From Candidatus Moranbacteria bacterium UBA2206 (GTDB lineage: Bacteria; Patescibacteriota; Minisyncoccia; Moranbacterales; UBA2206), in NCBI GenBank assembly GCA_002328565.1, contig DCUU01000065.1, forward strand, positions 1-61,427: a DNA stretch of 61,427 nt, in the 5' to 3' direction. The notes under the pieces are model-generated. The model saw only the letters and a program-made list of their open reading frames with translations, ran no database searches and was not told where the DNA came from. Below are positions 1 through 7,845 of the stretch, piece after piece (within the stretch, counting starts at the first letter, position 1; every line of letters begins with the position of its first letter). Both the position numbers and the translations under genes were made by a program.

Positions 1-140
1 TGAGATTAATAATATTTTTTTCATAAATTATGTCATTCCCGTGAAAACAGGAATCTAGTGTAAAAATTTATTATTTCTAGAAATGGCTATTTATTTTTTC
101 TTACTTAAGTATACCACAAACAGATAAAAAGCCAAACGCA

Positions 141-168
141 TTGACGAAAAATATAGTAGTGCTATAAT
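141..168 (+). promoter_or_regulatory. sigma70-type promoter upstream of tRNA-Lys
   Basis: TTGACG (141-146), 16-nt spacer, extended -10 TGCTATAAT (160-168), about 43 nt upstream of the tRNA 5' end. Confidence 0.6.
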
Positions 169-210
169 GCAAAAGTTGGTTAATTTCATTAACTACTTTT
201 TTTTATAAAT

Positions 211-283
211 GCGCCCATAGCTCAGTTGGTAGAGCAGTTGCCTTTTAAGCAAACGGTCCCAGGTTCGAGTCCCGGTGGGCGCA
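211..283 (+). tRNA. tRNA-Lys (anticodon UUU)
   Basis: 73-nt cloverleaf: acceptor GCGCCCA/TGGGCGC, D arm GCTC-AGTTGGTA-GAGC, anticodon loop CTTTTAA, T loop TTCGAGT. One mismatch each in the anticodon and T stems. CCA not encoded. Confidence 0.85.
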
Positions 284-288
284 CAAAA

Positions 289-311
289 AAATCCTCTTCA
301 TGAGGATTTTA
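289..311 (+). terminator. intrinsic terminator after tRNA-Lys
   Basis: Hairpin ATCCTC-ttcat-GAGGAT (291-307) followed by TTTT. Confidence 0.6.
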
Positions 312-332
312 AAATTTCTTCTACTTATTAAT

Positions 333-418
333 AAAAAAAGGTCCCGGAAATCGCATCAGTATAAATTTGGATACCTGCGCATTGTTTCCAAATTATATAC
401 TTCCACGATTCCCGGGGT
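333..418 (-). terminator. long hairpin terminator downstream of small ORF 423..620
   Basis: Arms CCCGGAAATCG (343-353) / CGATTCCCGGG (406-416) with inner TATAAATTTGGA / TCCAAATTATATA. A-run 333-339 gives a T-run on the minus strand. Confidence 0.5.
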
Positions 419-422
419 GGGT

Positions 423-620
423 TTAATTGTTTTGAGGGTTGTAAGCGCCCATCTTAAGTTCAAGATTGAATATGGCCTTGGCGAGTTTTCTTGATTGTCT
501 GCCAAGTATCTGCAACAAACGCAGATTTTTAGCTTTTTCCGCCACGTCCATTTTTTTATGGACCATTCCAATCTCCTCTCTTAAAACCGGCAACTTACCA
601 CAAATGTCACTACGCTTCAT
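423..620 (-). CDS. hypothetical small basic helical protein (65 aa)
   Basis: ORF preceded by GAAGGGG about 9 nt upstream of the ATG and followed by a long hairpin plus T-run. The other three overlapping ORFs in 300-675 look like shadows. No recognisable domain. Confidence 0.4.
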   Translation of the reverse strand: MKRSDICGKLPVLREEIGMVHKKMDVAEKAKNLRLLQILGRQSRKLAKAIFNLELKMGAYNPQNN

Positions 621-707
621 AACTCTTACCCCTTCTTATTTAAAAACCCCCATTTCAGCGTGCCTAAGATTCTAGGCTAAAGCATATACCATTATATGCT
701 AACGCTA

Positions 708-733
708 CAAAAACAATAGCACATTCGTGCTAT
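708..733 (-). terminator. intrinsic terminator after membrane protein gene
   Basis: ATAGCAC-attc-GTGCTAT (716-733) with a T-run on the minus strand (plus-strand A-run 708-715). Confidence 0.55.
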
Positions 734-754
734 TTTGTCAAAAGTAAAAATCCC

Positions 755-1246
755 TTAATTAAGCCTCTTTCGAATAAGATAAACAAAAAGCAAAGGGAGA
801 AAGAGCCACAGAAAATGAAATTCGGAAGAAACTAGATAGTCATAGGCGTTGGGAGAAATGTATTCTAGGGCTATTTTTTTAGGCGTAATTGTAAAAACAA
901 TACTCAGCATCAAAACTACTTCCAAAAAACTTACCACAAAAATCCGCCACATAAACTCCGCGCCAGAGATATAAATTCCAAAGATTTTTTTGCTAGAAAT
1001 TGTGACTAGAACCAGCGCGACAAAAAAGAAAACCAGTTCAAATGAATAATCACTCAAATATTTTTCCGGAAAAGCCGAAAGAAGCGCCAGCGCCACATAG
1101 GTACTAATGAGCATTTGAATGAGCCGATGGCGTCCAATCAAAAATGCCAAGCCAATCGTCAAAATAACAATCACCAAAAGAAGCGTGAAATCTTGCACGA
1201 AATTTTGTGAGATTCCAATCTTAGAAAGCAATAAATCTACATTCAT
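755..1246 (-). CDS. hypothetical integral membrane protein (163 aa)
   Basis: Four to five hydrophobic spans in the translation. No diagnostic motif. Confidence 0.6.
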   Translation of the reverse strand: MNVDLLLSKIGISQNFVQDFTLLLVIVILTIGLAFLIGRHRLIQMLISTYVALALLSAFPEKYLSDYSFELVFFFVALVLVTISSKKIFGIYISGAEFMWRIFVVSFLEVVLMLSIVFTITPKKIALEYISPNAYDYLVSSEFHFLWLFLPLLFVYLIRKRLN

Positions 1247-1426
1247 ATTTTTTGTTTATTTTATCTTTTTTTTATTTCACTACCATATATAGGCGAATGG
1301 TAGTAATTTATATATATTTTTAATATTTTGATCATTAACAATTTTCTGCGACCGCATTTTTTTGTTCACACGAAGATATCTTAAGCATCTCAGATATTTT
1401 TATCTTACTCCTTTTTCTTTCTTTTG

Positions 1427-2527
1427 TCATTCCCCCATTTTTTCCAACTCTTCAATCAGCCTTCTTTGTTCACGACTAAGTTTTTTTGGAATGCGCACAA
1501 TTATTTTCACCAGATGATTGCCCCGACCTCGGCCGTGCACATCAGGCACACCTTTTTCTCTGATGCGAAAAGTTTCACCAGATTGAGTTCCAGCCGGAAT
1601 TTTCAAGATTAAATTTCCCTCGATGGTTTCAATCTCAATTTCTCCGCCAAGTGTGGCACACGAAAAACTGATTTCTTCGGTGCTCAAGATATCATTATTG
1701 TGTCTGGTAAATTTTTTGTGATTTTTGACCCGAACCAAAATATATAAATCACCTGAGCGCGCACCTTTTCCACCAGCTTCACCCGCGCCTTGCATGGAAA
1801 TCGTTTGACCACTAGCAATTCCAGCGGGAATATTTATCTCTATCTCTTGTTCCTTTTTGATTCGGCCATCACCTCCACATTTAGAACATTTTTTCTCATA
1901 AGACTTTCCTTCTCCCAGACAGTCTGGACAAGTTATCACCTGAGAAAAAGAACCAAAAAAACTGCGCGTATTTTTTTGCACCTGTCCTGCACCGTGACAA
2001 GTCGAACAAGTTTTGATGCTGGAACCCGGTTCTCCACCAGATCCATCGCATTTGTCACACACAGCGCTTTTATATAAATTTATTTTTCTTTTCGCCCCAC
2101 TCACCATTTCAGAAAAATCTATCTCAACATCTACCTGAATATCCTGCCCGCGTTTTTGTTTTCGGCTTCTCCCACCACCAAAAACATTGGAAAAAATATC
2201 CTCAAAATCTGTTCCGCCAAATTCGAAACCGCCCGCGCTTTGGCCGAAATCGAAGCCAGAAAAATCAAAACCACCAGCACCCTGACCTTGCCCAGAAAAA
2301 CCACCTCCACCGCCCTGATCAAAAGTCTTGCCAAACTGGTCATATTGTTGGCGCTTGGACTTATCCGAAAGCACTTGATAGGCCTCGTTTATTTCTTTGA
2401 ATTTTTTTTCGTCTCCACCGGTTTTGTCAGGATGATGTTTGTGAGCCATTTTTCGATAGGCCTTTTTTATCTCATCATCCGATGCACCCTTAGAAACACC
2501 GAGAATTTTATAGTAGTCTTCTGACAT
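1427..2527 (-). CDS. dnaJ: molecular chaperone DnaJ
   Basis: J-domain HPD (HKHHPDK), G/F-rich linker, four CxxCxGxG repeats ([32 protein letters not shown]). Confidence 0.95.
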   Translation of the reverse strand: MSEDYYKILGVSKGASDDEIKKAYRKMAHKHHPDKTGGDEKKFKEINEAYQVLSDKSKRQQYDQFGKTFDQGGGGGFSGQGQGAGGFDFSGFDFGQSAGGFEFGGTDFEDIFSNVFGGGRSRKQKRGQDIQVDVEIDFSEMVSGAKRKINLYKSAVCDKCDGSGGEPGSSIKTCSTCHGAGQVQKNTRSFFGSFSQVITCPDCLGEGKSYEKKCSKCGGDGRIKKEQEIEINIPAGIASGQTISMQGAGEAGGKGARSGDLYILVRVKNHKKFTRHNNDILSTEEISFSCATLGGEIEIETIEGNLILKIPAGTQSGETFRIREKGVPDVHGRGRGNHLVKIIVRIPKKLSREQRRLIEELEKMGE

Positions 2528-2585
2528 AATTATTGCATATTATCTTAAATAAATTTCCTATTAACTATACCACCATTCTTAAAAA

Positions 2586-2612
2586 TTAGCAATCCCTGTC
2601 ATTGAGTGCTAA
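2586..2612 (-). promoter_or_regulatory. CIRCE-like operator upstream of dnaJ
   Basis: TTAGCAATC-N9-GAGTGCTAA, one mismatch to the consensus TTAGCACTC-N9-GAGTGCTAA, 59 nt upstream of the dnaJ start. Confidence 0.75.
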
Positions 2613-2689
2613 TACAATTAGCATGCTAATAAATTCACAAACGCCTGAATATGTGCTATATTTAGTTTATTATCAATAACAATAAAAAT

Positions 2690-3151
2690 ATGACTAAACA
2701 CATCCAAATCTATGAAAATGAAATCTATGAAGATGATGTAGCTGAAATAAATAGCCTACTTAAACAACTCAGTCCTAATGAATCTGAATCAATTAACTGG
2801 GAGACGGTACAAAATGTTATGAAAAATGCTACCGTATTTATTCTTCGTGACCATTCACCGGAAATATTAAAAGGAAAACCTCGTGGACGTATCGTTGGCG
2901 AAGGTCTTCTTTTTCACAATTGGAAATTTATGTTTTCCACCGGATCGATTGATGATGTTGTCGTGGATGAAAAATATCGCGGTAAAGGTCTAGGAAAGAT
3001 ATTGACATATGCAATGATTGAAAAAGCCAAAAAATTAGGCATGAAACATATTGATTGTACAAGTCGTCCCCACAGAATCGTCGCCCATAAATTATATGAA
3101 AAAGCTGGTTTTGAAAAACGAGACACTAATGTTTTTAGACTAAAACTTTAA
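2690..3151 (+). CDS. GNAT family N-acetyltransferase
   Basis: 153 aa with acetyl-CoA binding motif region VVDEKYRGKGLGKIL. Divergent from dnaJ. Confidence 0.85.
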   Translation: MTKHIQIYENEIYEDDVAEINSLLKQLSPNESESINWETVQNVMKNATVFILRDHSPEILKGKPRGRIVGEGLLFHNWKFMFSTGSIDDVVVDEKYRGKGLGKILTYAMIEKAKKLGMKHIDCTSRPHRIVAHKLYEKAGFEKRDTNVFRLKL

Positions 3152-3260
3152 TATTTTTTACTTTCTTTTCTTTCTCTTTTTTCTAAGGGATAATTTTTAA
3201 TATTTTTAGCAAACTCCTGTTTGAGAATTTGATTTTTTTCACCATTCTTATTTTCTTAGA

Positions 3261-3399
3261 TGGTTTTATTTTTTAGAATTTTTTTAACTCGAAAGTTTAT
3301 TTTTTAGCTAAAATTTTTCTCGGTCGACGGCTGAAAGAGAAAAATTTTAGAAAAAATAATCTTTCTCAAACAAGAAAAAAATTCCAAAAAATAAAACCA
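3261..3399. repeat. long imperfect palindrome, family P1 (second copy 40954..41090)
   Basis: Arms TGGTTTTATTTTTTAGAATTTTTTT / AAAAAAATTCCAAAAAATAAAACCA. Inner 14-bp stem CTAAAATTTTTCTC / GAGAAAAATTTTAG around a GC-rich loop GGTCGACGGCTGAA. Confidence 0.7.
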
Positions 3400-3410
3400 T
3401 CGCCCCTCCC

Positions 3411-4406
3411 TCATTCCACCACTTCCATTTCCACCATCACCTTAGAAACTTGAACAAAATTAATTTTTCGAAGTATCCAAAAAACTAAAGCGGTCAGATA
3501 TCCACAAATAGAACCGAGAAAAGAACCAAGCGAAGCCACTGTCAAAAAAAGTATAAACGAAGCAATAAAAGGCAAGAACGGCATACTATCTTTCTCAAGA
3601 CTTGTAGAAAAAAATTCATTTATCTTGTTATTTATCATCTCAGAGAAAACATCTGAGATTTTTTCTTGACCTGTGAGCGGTACGCCCGCGATTTCACTAA
3701 AACTTTTTCTTTGCTCCGCCAGAATTTTTTCCTGATCATTTGCGAGTATCTTTTCTATCTGAGATTTACTAGCTCCAATTTGTTTTTCATCTAACCCCTG
3801 ACTTTCCAGAATATTTCCCAAAAAACTATCGGAATTTTCTTTGGACATTTTCAAAATAAATTCGTCTACCGTCAAGTCGCTTTTCTCACTGTCCTTGAGT
3901 TCAGGATAAATTCTCGGCAAAATTTGATTAACAGCGTCCCCTGCTTCGAATCTTGGAATGATATTTATTTTCCCCGTATCTTTTACTTCAACATAATATT
4001 GGGAAGTGATTATAATTGAAAGCGCCAAAATAAGCATTGTTTTTCCGGTGCGGACTGATTTAGTGATATCAAATTTAATATTAGATTTTATGTCGCTAGA
4101 AATTCTTTCCAGTCCTGCTAACGCCAGAAAAAAAGCAAACAGCAAAATCAAAACATGCCAAAAAGAAAAAACGAAAATAAGATTCGAAAGCAAACTAATT
4201 GCTAAAGCGGAAATCAGTATGGTTCTATTCTTGATAAGAATTGCGCCAAGAGAAAGCGCGATATAAAAAAAAGAAAAACAAATCAATGGAACTAGCCAGG
4301 TGCTTGATTCTGGCACATTAATCGCCCGTTCAACCGAAAGCCATGAAACCACCCCTAAAACAACAATAAGACCAGCTATCGCATATTTTGTAATTTTTGT
4401 TTTCAT
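3411..4406 (-). CDS. hypothetical multi-pass membrane protein
   Basis: ORF runs to 4550, but the first 48 codons are encoded by repeat X1. The ATG at 4406 (MKTKITKYAIAG...) begins the hydrophobic protein. Confidence 0.6.
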   Translation of the reverse strand: MKTKITKYAIAGLIVVLGVVSWLSVERAINVPESSTWLVPLICFSFFYIALSLGAILIKNRTILISALAISLLSNLIFVFSFWHVLILLFAFFLALAGLERISSDIKSNIKFDITKSVRTGKTMLILALSIIITSQYYVEVKDTGKINIIPRFEAGDAVNQILPRIYPELKDSEKSDLTVDEFILKMSKENSDSFLGNILESQGLDEKQIGASKSQIEKILANDQEKILAEQRKSFSEIAGVPLTGQEKISDVFSEMINNKINEFFSTSLEKDSMPFLPFIASFILFLTVASLGSFLGSICGYLTALVFWILRKINFVQVSKVMVEMEVVE

Positions 4407-4413
4407 TGTATTG

Positions 4414-4562
4414 GGAACTCGCGCGTTTGATTGCAGAAAAGATATTAACGCAGTCGCTAGGAAGATATTTTCCTTAAGCAATTTTTGATTACTGGCAAAT
4501 TGTTGCATCTTATAGTTGCTTTTGCGACGAGCATATCTTGATGCAAGCAAATGCGTGAGTCC
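4414..4562. repeat. about 150-bp hairpin-forming intergenic element, family X (copy X1)
   Basis: About 85 percent identical by eye to 55720..55869. Its terminal arms are mutually complementary. Confidence 0.75.
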
Positions 4563-4573
4563 TAATATTTTTT

Positions 4574-5776
4574 TTAAGACAGCCTTCCCTTGAAATCCTT
4601 ATGGCTGAATTTTTTTATTATTTTAATTTTATTTTTTTTGTCCATTATGGCAATCTGCGGAAGATTTATTCCATTAAAAGTATTATTTTTCACCATAGTA
4701 TAAATTGCCATATTAAGAAAAACTATTTTTTGTCCAATCTTAAGCGAATCATTGAAGGAATATTCCCCGATTACATCTCCAGTCAAACAACTTGGTCCTA
4801 CTAGGCGATAGCTATTCTCATTTCCTTTTTTGACTGGGATTTGCGCCCCAAGTATTTTTGGCATATAAGGCATTTCCAATACATCTGGCATATGCGTAGC
4901 TGCGGAAACATCCACCACAGCAATATTTATCCCATTTTTGAAAATATCCACCACTTGACCAACCAAAACTCCGGCGTTTAGAACAACTGCCTCACCCGGT
5001 TCAAGATAAATTTCCAAATGCGGATACTTCTTCCTGAATTCTTTTATAATTTTATATAACAAATTCAAATCATAATCATCTCTTGTGATATGGTGCCCAC
5101 CTCCAAAATTGACCCATTTCATTTTGGACAGAAATTTTCCGAATTTTTTTTCAAAAATTTCAAGTGATCTTTCCAGTGCATCGGCGTTCAACTCGCAAAG
5201 ATTGTGGAAATGCAACCCTTCAATGCCGGATAAATTATCCTCCTCGAAATTATCTATCGTCACTCCAAATTGAGAATAGGGACGACTAGGATCATACATT
5301 TCAACCTCAGATTCTCTGTGTTCCAAATTCACCCGCATTCCACAAGAAATTTTCTTTTTTGATTTTTCAACTATTTTTTTGAAATTATCCCATTGTGAAA
5401 AAGAATTAAACACTAAATGATCACAGTATTTCAAATATTCTCCAATATTATCCCGCGTATAAGATGGCGAGAAAACATGCGTTTCCTTGCCGAATTCTTC
5501 TTTGCCCAGCCGAGCTTCATTAATTGAACTAGCCTCTGAGCCGGCAAGATATTTTCTCATCAGCGGGAAAACACTGAAAGTAGAAAAACTCTTAAGCGCC
5601 ATTAGAATTTTGCATCCGGTTTCTTTTTGCACTCTCTCAAGAAGCTTGAGATTATTTTCCAGTTTCGAAACAGAAATCACATAAGTAGGCGTGACTAATT
5701 TTTCAAAATTTTCCAAATTCCAACCTTCTTCATTCACCCAAGGTTCGATAAATAGTTCGCTAAATTGTTTAGACAT
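4574..5776 (-). CDS. nspC: carboxynorspermidine decarboxylase
   Basis: 400 aa PLP-dependent decarboxylase-like protein (ILMALKSF lysine region, GGGHH). Adjacent to the carboxynorspermidine dehydrogenase-type gene. Confidence 0.8.
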   Translation of the reverse strand: MSKQFSELFIEPWVNEEGWNLENFEKLVTPTYVISVSKLENNLKLLERVQKETGCKILMALKSFSTFSVFPLMRKYLAGSEASSINEARLGKEEFGKETHVFSPSYTRDNIGEYLKYCDHLVFNSFSQWDNFKKIVEKSKKKISCGMRVNLEHRESEVEMYDPSRPYSQFGVTIDNFEEDNLSGIEGLHFHNLCELNADALERSLEIFEKKFGKFLSKMKWVNFGGGHHITRDDYDLNLLYKIIKEFRKKYPHLEIYLEPGEAVVLNAGVLVGQVVDIFKNGINIAVVDVSAATHMPDVLEMPYMPKILGAQIPVKKGNENSYRLVGPSCLTGDVIGEYSFNDSLKIGQKIVFLNMAIYTMVKNNTFNGINLPQIAIMDKKNKIKIIKKFSHKDFKGRLS

Positions 5777-5791
5777 TTTTTTGTCGCTAAA

Positions 5792-7042
5792 TTAATAATT
5801 CTTCTTCAATTCCCTTGGCAAATCTTTCAGGTTTTTCACTTTCCAAGTTAGACCGACCTTAGCCATTTCTTCCAAAAATATTTTTGAATCCAATGATTTA
5901 TCTTCAGAATTTTTCGTGCCTATGCCACTCCATTTTCTTTCAAGAACAAGTTTTGCGCAAGTGACTGTTGGAATGGCTGTGGTATACCCAATTGCATTAC
6001 CATTAGTTTCTTTGTAGGCCTCGGCGTGGTCGCAAACATTATAGATATAGACAAATTTTTTCTTGCCATTTTTGACGCCGGAAATGATATTGCCAATATT
6101 TGTTTTGCCAGTGTAGCTACTGTTGAAATCTTCGCCTTTTGGCAAAATAGCTTTGAGAAATTTCACCGGCACTACGTCACATCCATTATAGTCAACCGCA
6201 TCAATTCGAGTCAGACCAACATTATATAGCACTCGCAAATATGTCAGATAAGTTTTGGAAAATGTCATCCAAAAACGAATTCTTTTCAAATCAGGCATAT
6301 GAGTCGGAATAGTTTCCATTTCTTCGTGATACATCAAATAGGGATCAAATTTCCCCGCTTCCGGAAAGTTAAATTCAAAATGCGGAGCTTTCTCATCAAT
6401 TAGTCGTCCCTTTTCTTGCCATTTTTTTCCTTCCCAAAATCTAATCGGCAAAATCAATTCTCGCAAATTTATCTCCGGATCAAAATTCGGCGCAAATTTT
6501 ATCTTCTCATCTTTGGAACCACCATTGCAATCCAAAATATCCACCGCATAAACTTTGTCGAAAATATAATCTCTGGCATAGGCGCAAAAAATATTGGTCA
6601 CTCCCGGATCAAAGCCCATGCCCAAAATCGCCAAAAGTCCTTTTTTCTTGAAAGCTTCATTTTTGGCTAATTGCAATTTATAAGAAAAACCATATTTATC
6701 TTTTTCTTCATAACAAGCCGTGTCGATATAGTTCACGCCATATTTCAAGCAAGCGTCCATCACATCCAAATTGTCATATGGACTTCCCCAATTCACCATT
6801 AGCTTTGGTTTCAAATCTTGCAAAAGTTTGGAAAAGAATTTTTTGTCGCTCACATCCCCAACATGAACCCTGAGATCCATTTTGCCTTTTGATTTCTTTT
6901 TCACCGAAGCGCGAACTGCTTCCAATTTGGAAATAGTTCTTCCAACTACATGAATTTCCGAAAAAGTTTCCGGAAACTGCGCCATCTTGTGCAGTCCCAC
7001 ACTACCCACATTCCCACAACCGATAACGAGCACTTTTGACAT
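5792..7042 (-). CDS. saccharopine dehydrogenase family protein / carboxynorspermidine synthase
   Basis: 416 aa with N-terminal Rossmann motif VLVIGCGNVGS. Conserved pairing with nspC. Confidence 0.8.
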   Translation of the reverse strand: MSKVLVIGCGNVGSVGLHKMAQFPETFSEIHVVGRTISKLEAVRASVKKKSKGKMDLRVHVGDVSDKKFFSKLLQDLKPKLMVNWGSPYDNLDVMDACLKYGVNYIDTACYEEKDKYGFSYKLQLAKNEAFKKKGLLAILGMGFDPGVTNIFCAYARDYIFDKVYAVDILDCNGGSKDEKIKFAPNFDPEINLRELILPIRFWEGKKWQEKGRLIDEKAPHFEFNFPEAGKFDPYLMYHEEMETIPTHMPDLKRIRFWMTFSKTYLTYLRVLYNVGLTRIDAVDYNGCDVVPVKFLKAILPKGEDFNSSYTGKTNIGNIISGVKNGKKKFVYIYNVCDHAEAYKETNGNAIGYTTAIPTVTCAKLVLERKWSGIGTKNSEDKSLDSKIFLEEMAKVGLTWKVKNLKDLPRELKKNY

Positions 7043-7107
7043 ATTTTTTAAACTAAACTTATTAACTTTTTTATTCTAGCAGATTTATTTTATTTTACCA
7101 GCAATCA

Positions 7108-7162
7108 CTCTACCTCATCCGCCTCGGATTACCTCGGCACCTTCTCCTTATAAAGGAGAAGG
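7108..7162. repeat. solo GC-rich double-hairpin module (same family as the DUF559 flanks)
   Basis: CTCTACCTCATCC-GCCTCGG-atta-CCTCGGC-CCTTCTCC-ttataaa-GGAGAAGG. Homologous to 20016..20068 (inverted orientation) and 20435..20487. The second hairpin carries two mismatches. Confidence 0.7.
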
Positions 7163-7201
7163 AAAATTAATTCTTTCTATCTTGATTAACTTTTTCTAAA
7201 A

Positions 7202-7768
7202 TCAAAAATTATTCCCTCTAAATTTATTCCGCTGTTGATATAATCTTTCCGTAAAACCTCCTTGCTTCATAAATTCATTGCTGAGTTTTTGTAGTTGCTT
7301 ATCCAAGAGATAATTTGTTTGATGAATAAGACAAATAATCATATTAGCTGCAGATTCAGAATTTTCAAGATAAGTCGCATAGGACAAATTAGACCTATTT
7401 TTATCATAAACCAAATTTCTCACCATTTTTGCTTTTGGATTTTCTTTCGTCCATAATTCTAATTTATTTTGACGCAAAAAATCCTCATAATCCAAAAGTA
7501 ATTCTTCCAGGCTCGCTCGCGCTACATTAGTCAATTTTATTTCTGTTTTCTTTGAGGTTCCAGAAGCTTTGCTTCCTTCCGCAATATTTTGCCTTCCAGA
7601 CCGTGCTGCTTGTTCCATCTGATCCTTGGTACGACTTTTCCAGTTTATATATTTTTGACAAAATTCAATAGTGAAATCGCAAACTAAGGTTGCCGACTTA
7701 AAAGATTCTAGGTTTCGATATCCGCCATGCGTAAAAAATAATTTTTCTTGATTTGTCTTATTTGTCAT
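7202..7768 (-). CDS. four-helix-bundle protein with suffix domain (23S rRNA intervening-sequence protein family)
   Basis: Motifs SATLVCDFTIEF, QAARSGRQNIAEG and NVARASLEELLLDYEDFL. Likely start at ATG 7768; the ORF extends to 7810 through a TATAAT-containing stretch. Confidence 0.75.
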   Translation of the reverse strand: MTNKTNQEKLFFTHGGYRNLESFKSATLVCDFTIEFCQKYINWKSRTKDQMEQAARSGRQNIAEGSKASGTSKKTEIKLTNVARASLEELLLDYEDFLRQNKLELWTKENPKAKMVRNLVYDKNRSNLSYATYLENSESAANMIICLIHQTNYLLDKQLQKLSNEFMKQGGFTERLYQQRNKFRGNNF

Positions 7769-7810
7769 ATTCGACTTATAGGACTTATAAACTTCTTTAT
7801 TATACCACAA

Positions 7811-7841
7811 AAAAAGCAGGGTTTTTTATTCCCTGCTTTTT
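7811..7841 (-). terminator. intrinsic terminator after dnaK
   Basis: AGCAGGG-N9-CCCTGCT flanked by an A-run and a T-run (bidirectional). Confidence 0.7.
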
Positions 7842-7845
7842 CAAG

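Noticed and set aside
31-56. GTCATTCCCGTGAAAACAGGAATC near the left edge, reminiscent of REP-like 'SFPRKRES'-coding palindromes seen in other bacteria
   Set aside because: Only a 5-bp stem, a single copy in the window, and at the window edge. Cannot be evaluated.
300-720. Whether the ORF-poor stretch after tRNA-Lys hides RNase P RNA, tmRNA, SRP RNA or 6S RNA
   Set aside because: I could not find the conserved cores I know (GAGGAAAGUCC for RNase P, a tRNA-like 3' end or tag ORF for tmRNA, the GGAA/AGCA SRP domain IV motif). A small ORF plus terminator explains the region better. A covariance-model scan would be decisive.
4407-4550. N-terminal extensions of several track ORFs (3411..4550, 13268..14083, 21761..22936, 22956..23273, 39330..40385, 53470..54612, 7846..9813, 7202..7810)
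   Set aside because: The extra codons are encoded by intergenic repeat or word DNA that recurs in non-coding contexts, or begin at TTG/GTG. Internal ATGs give N-termini that match the protein families.
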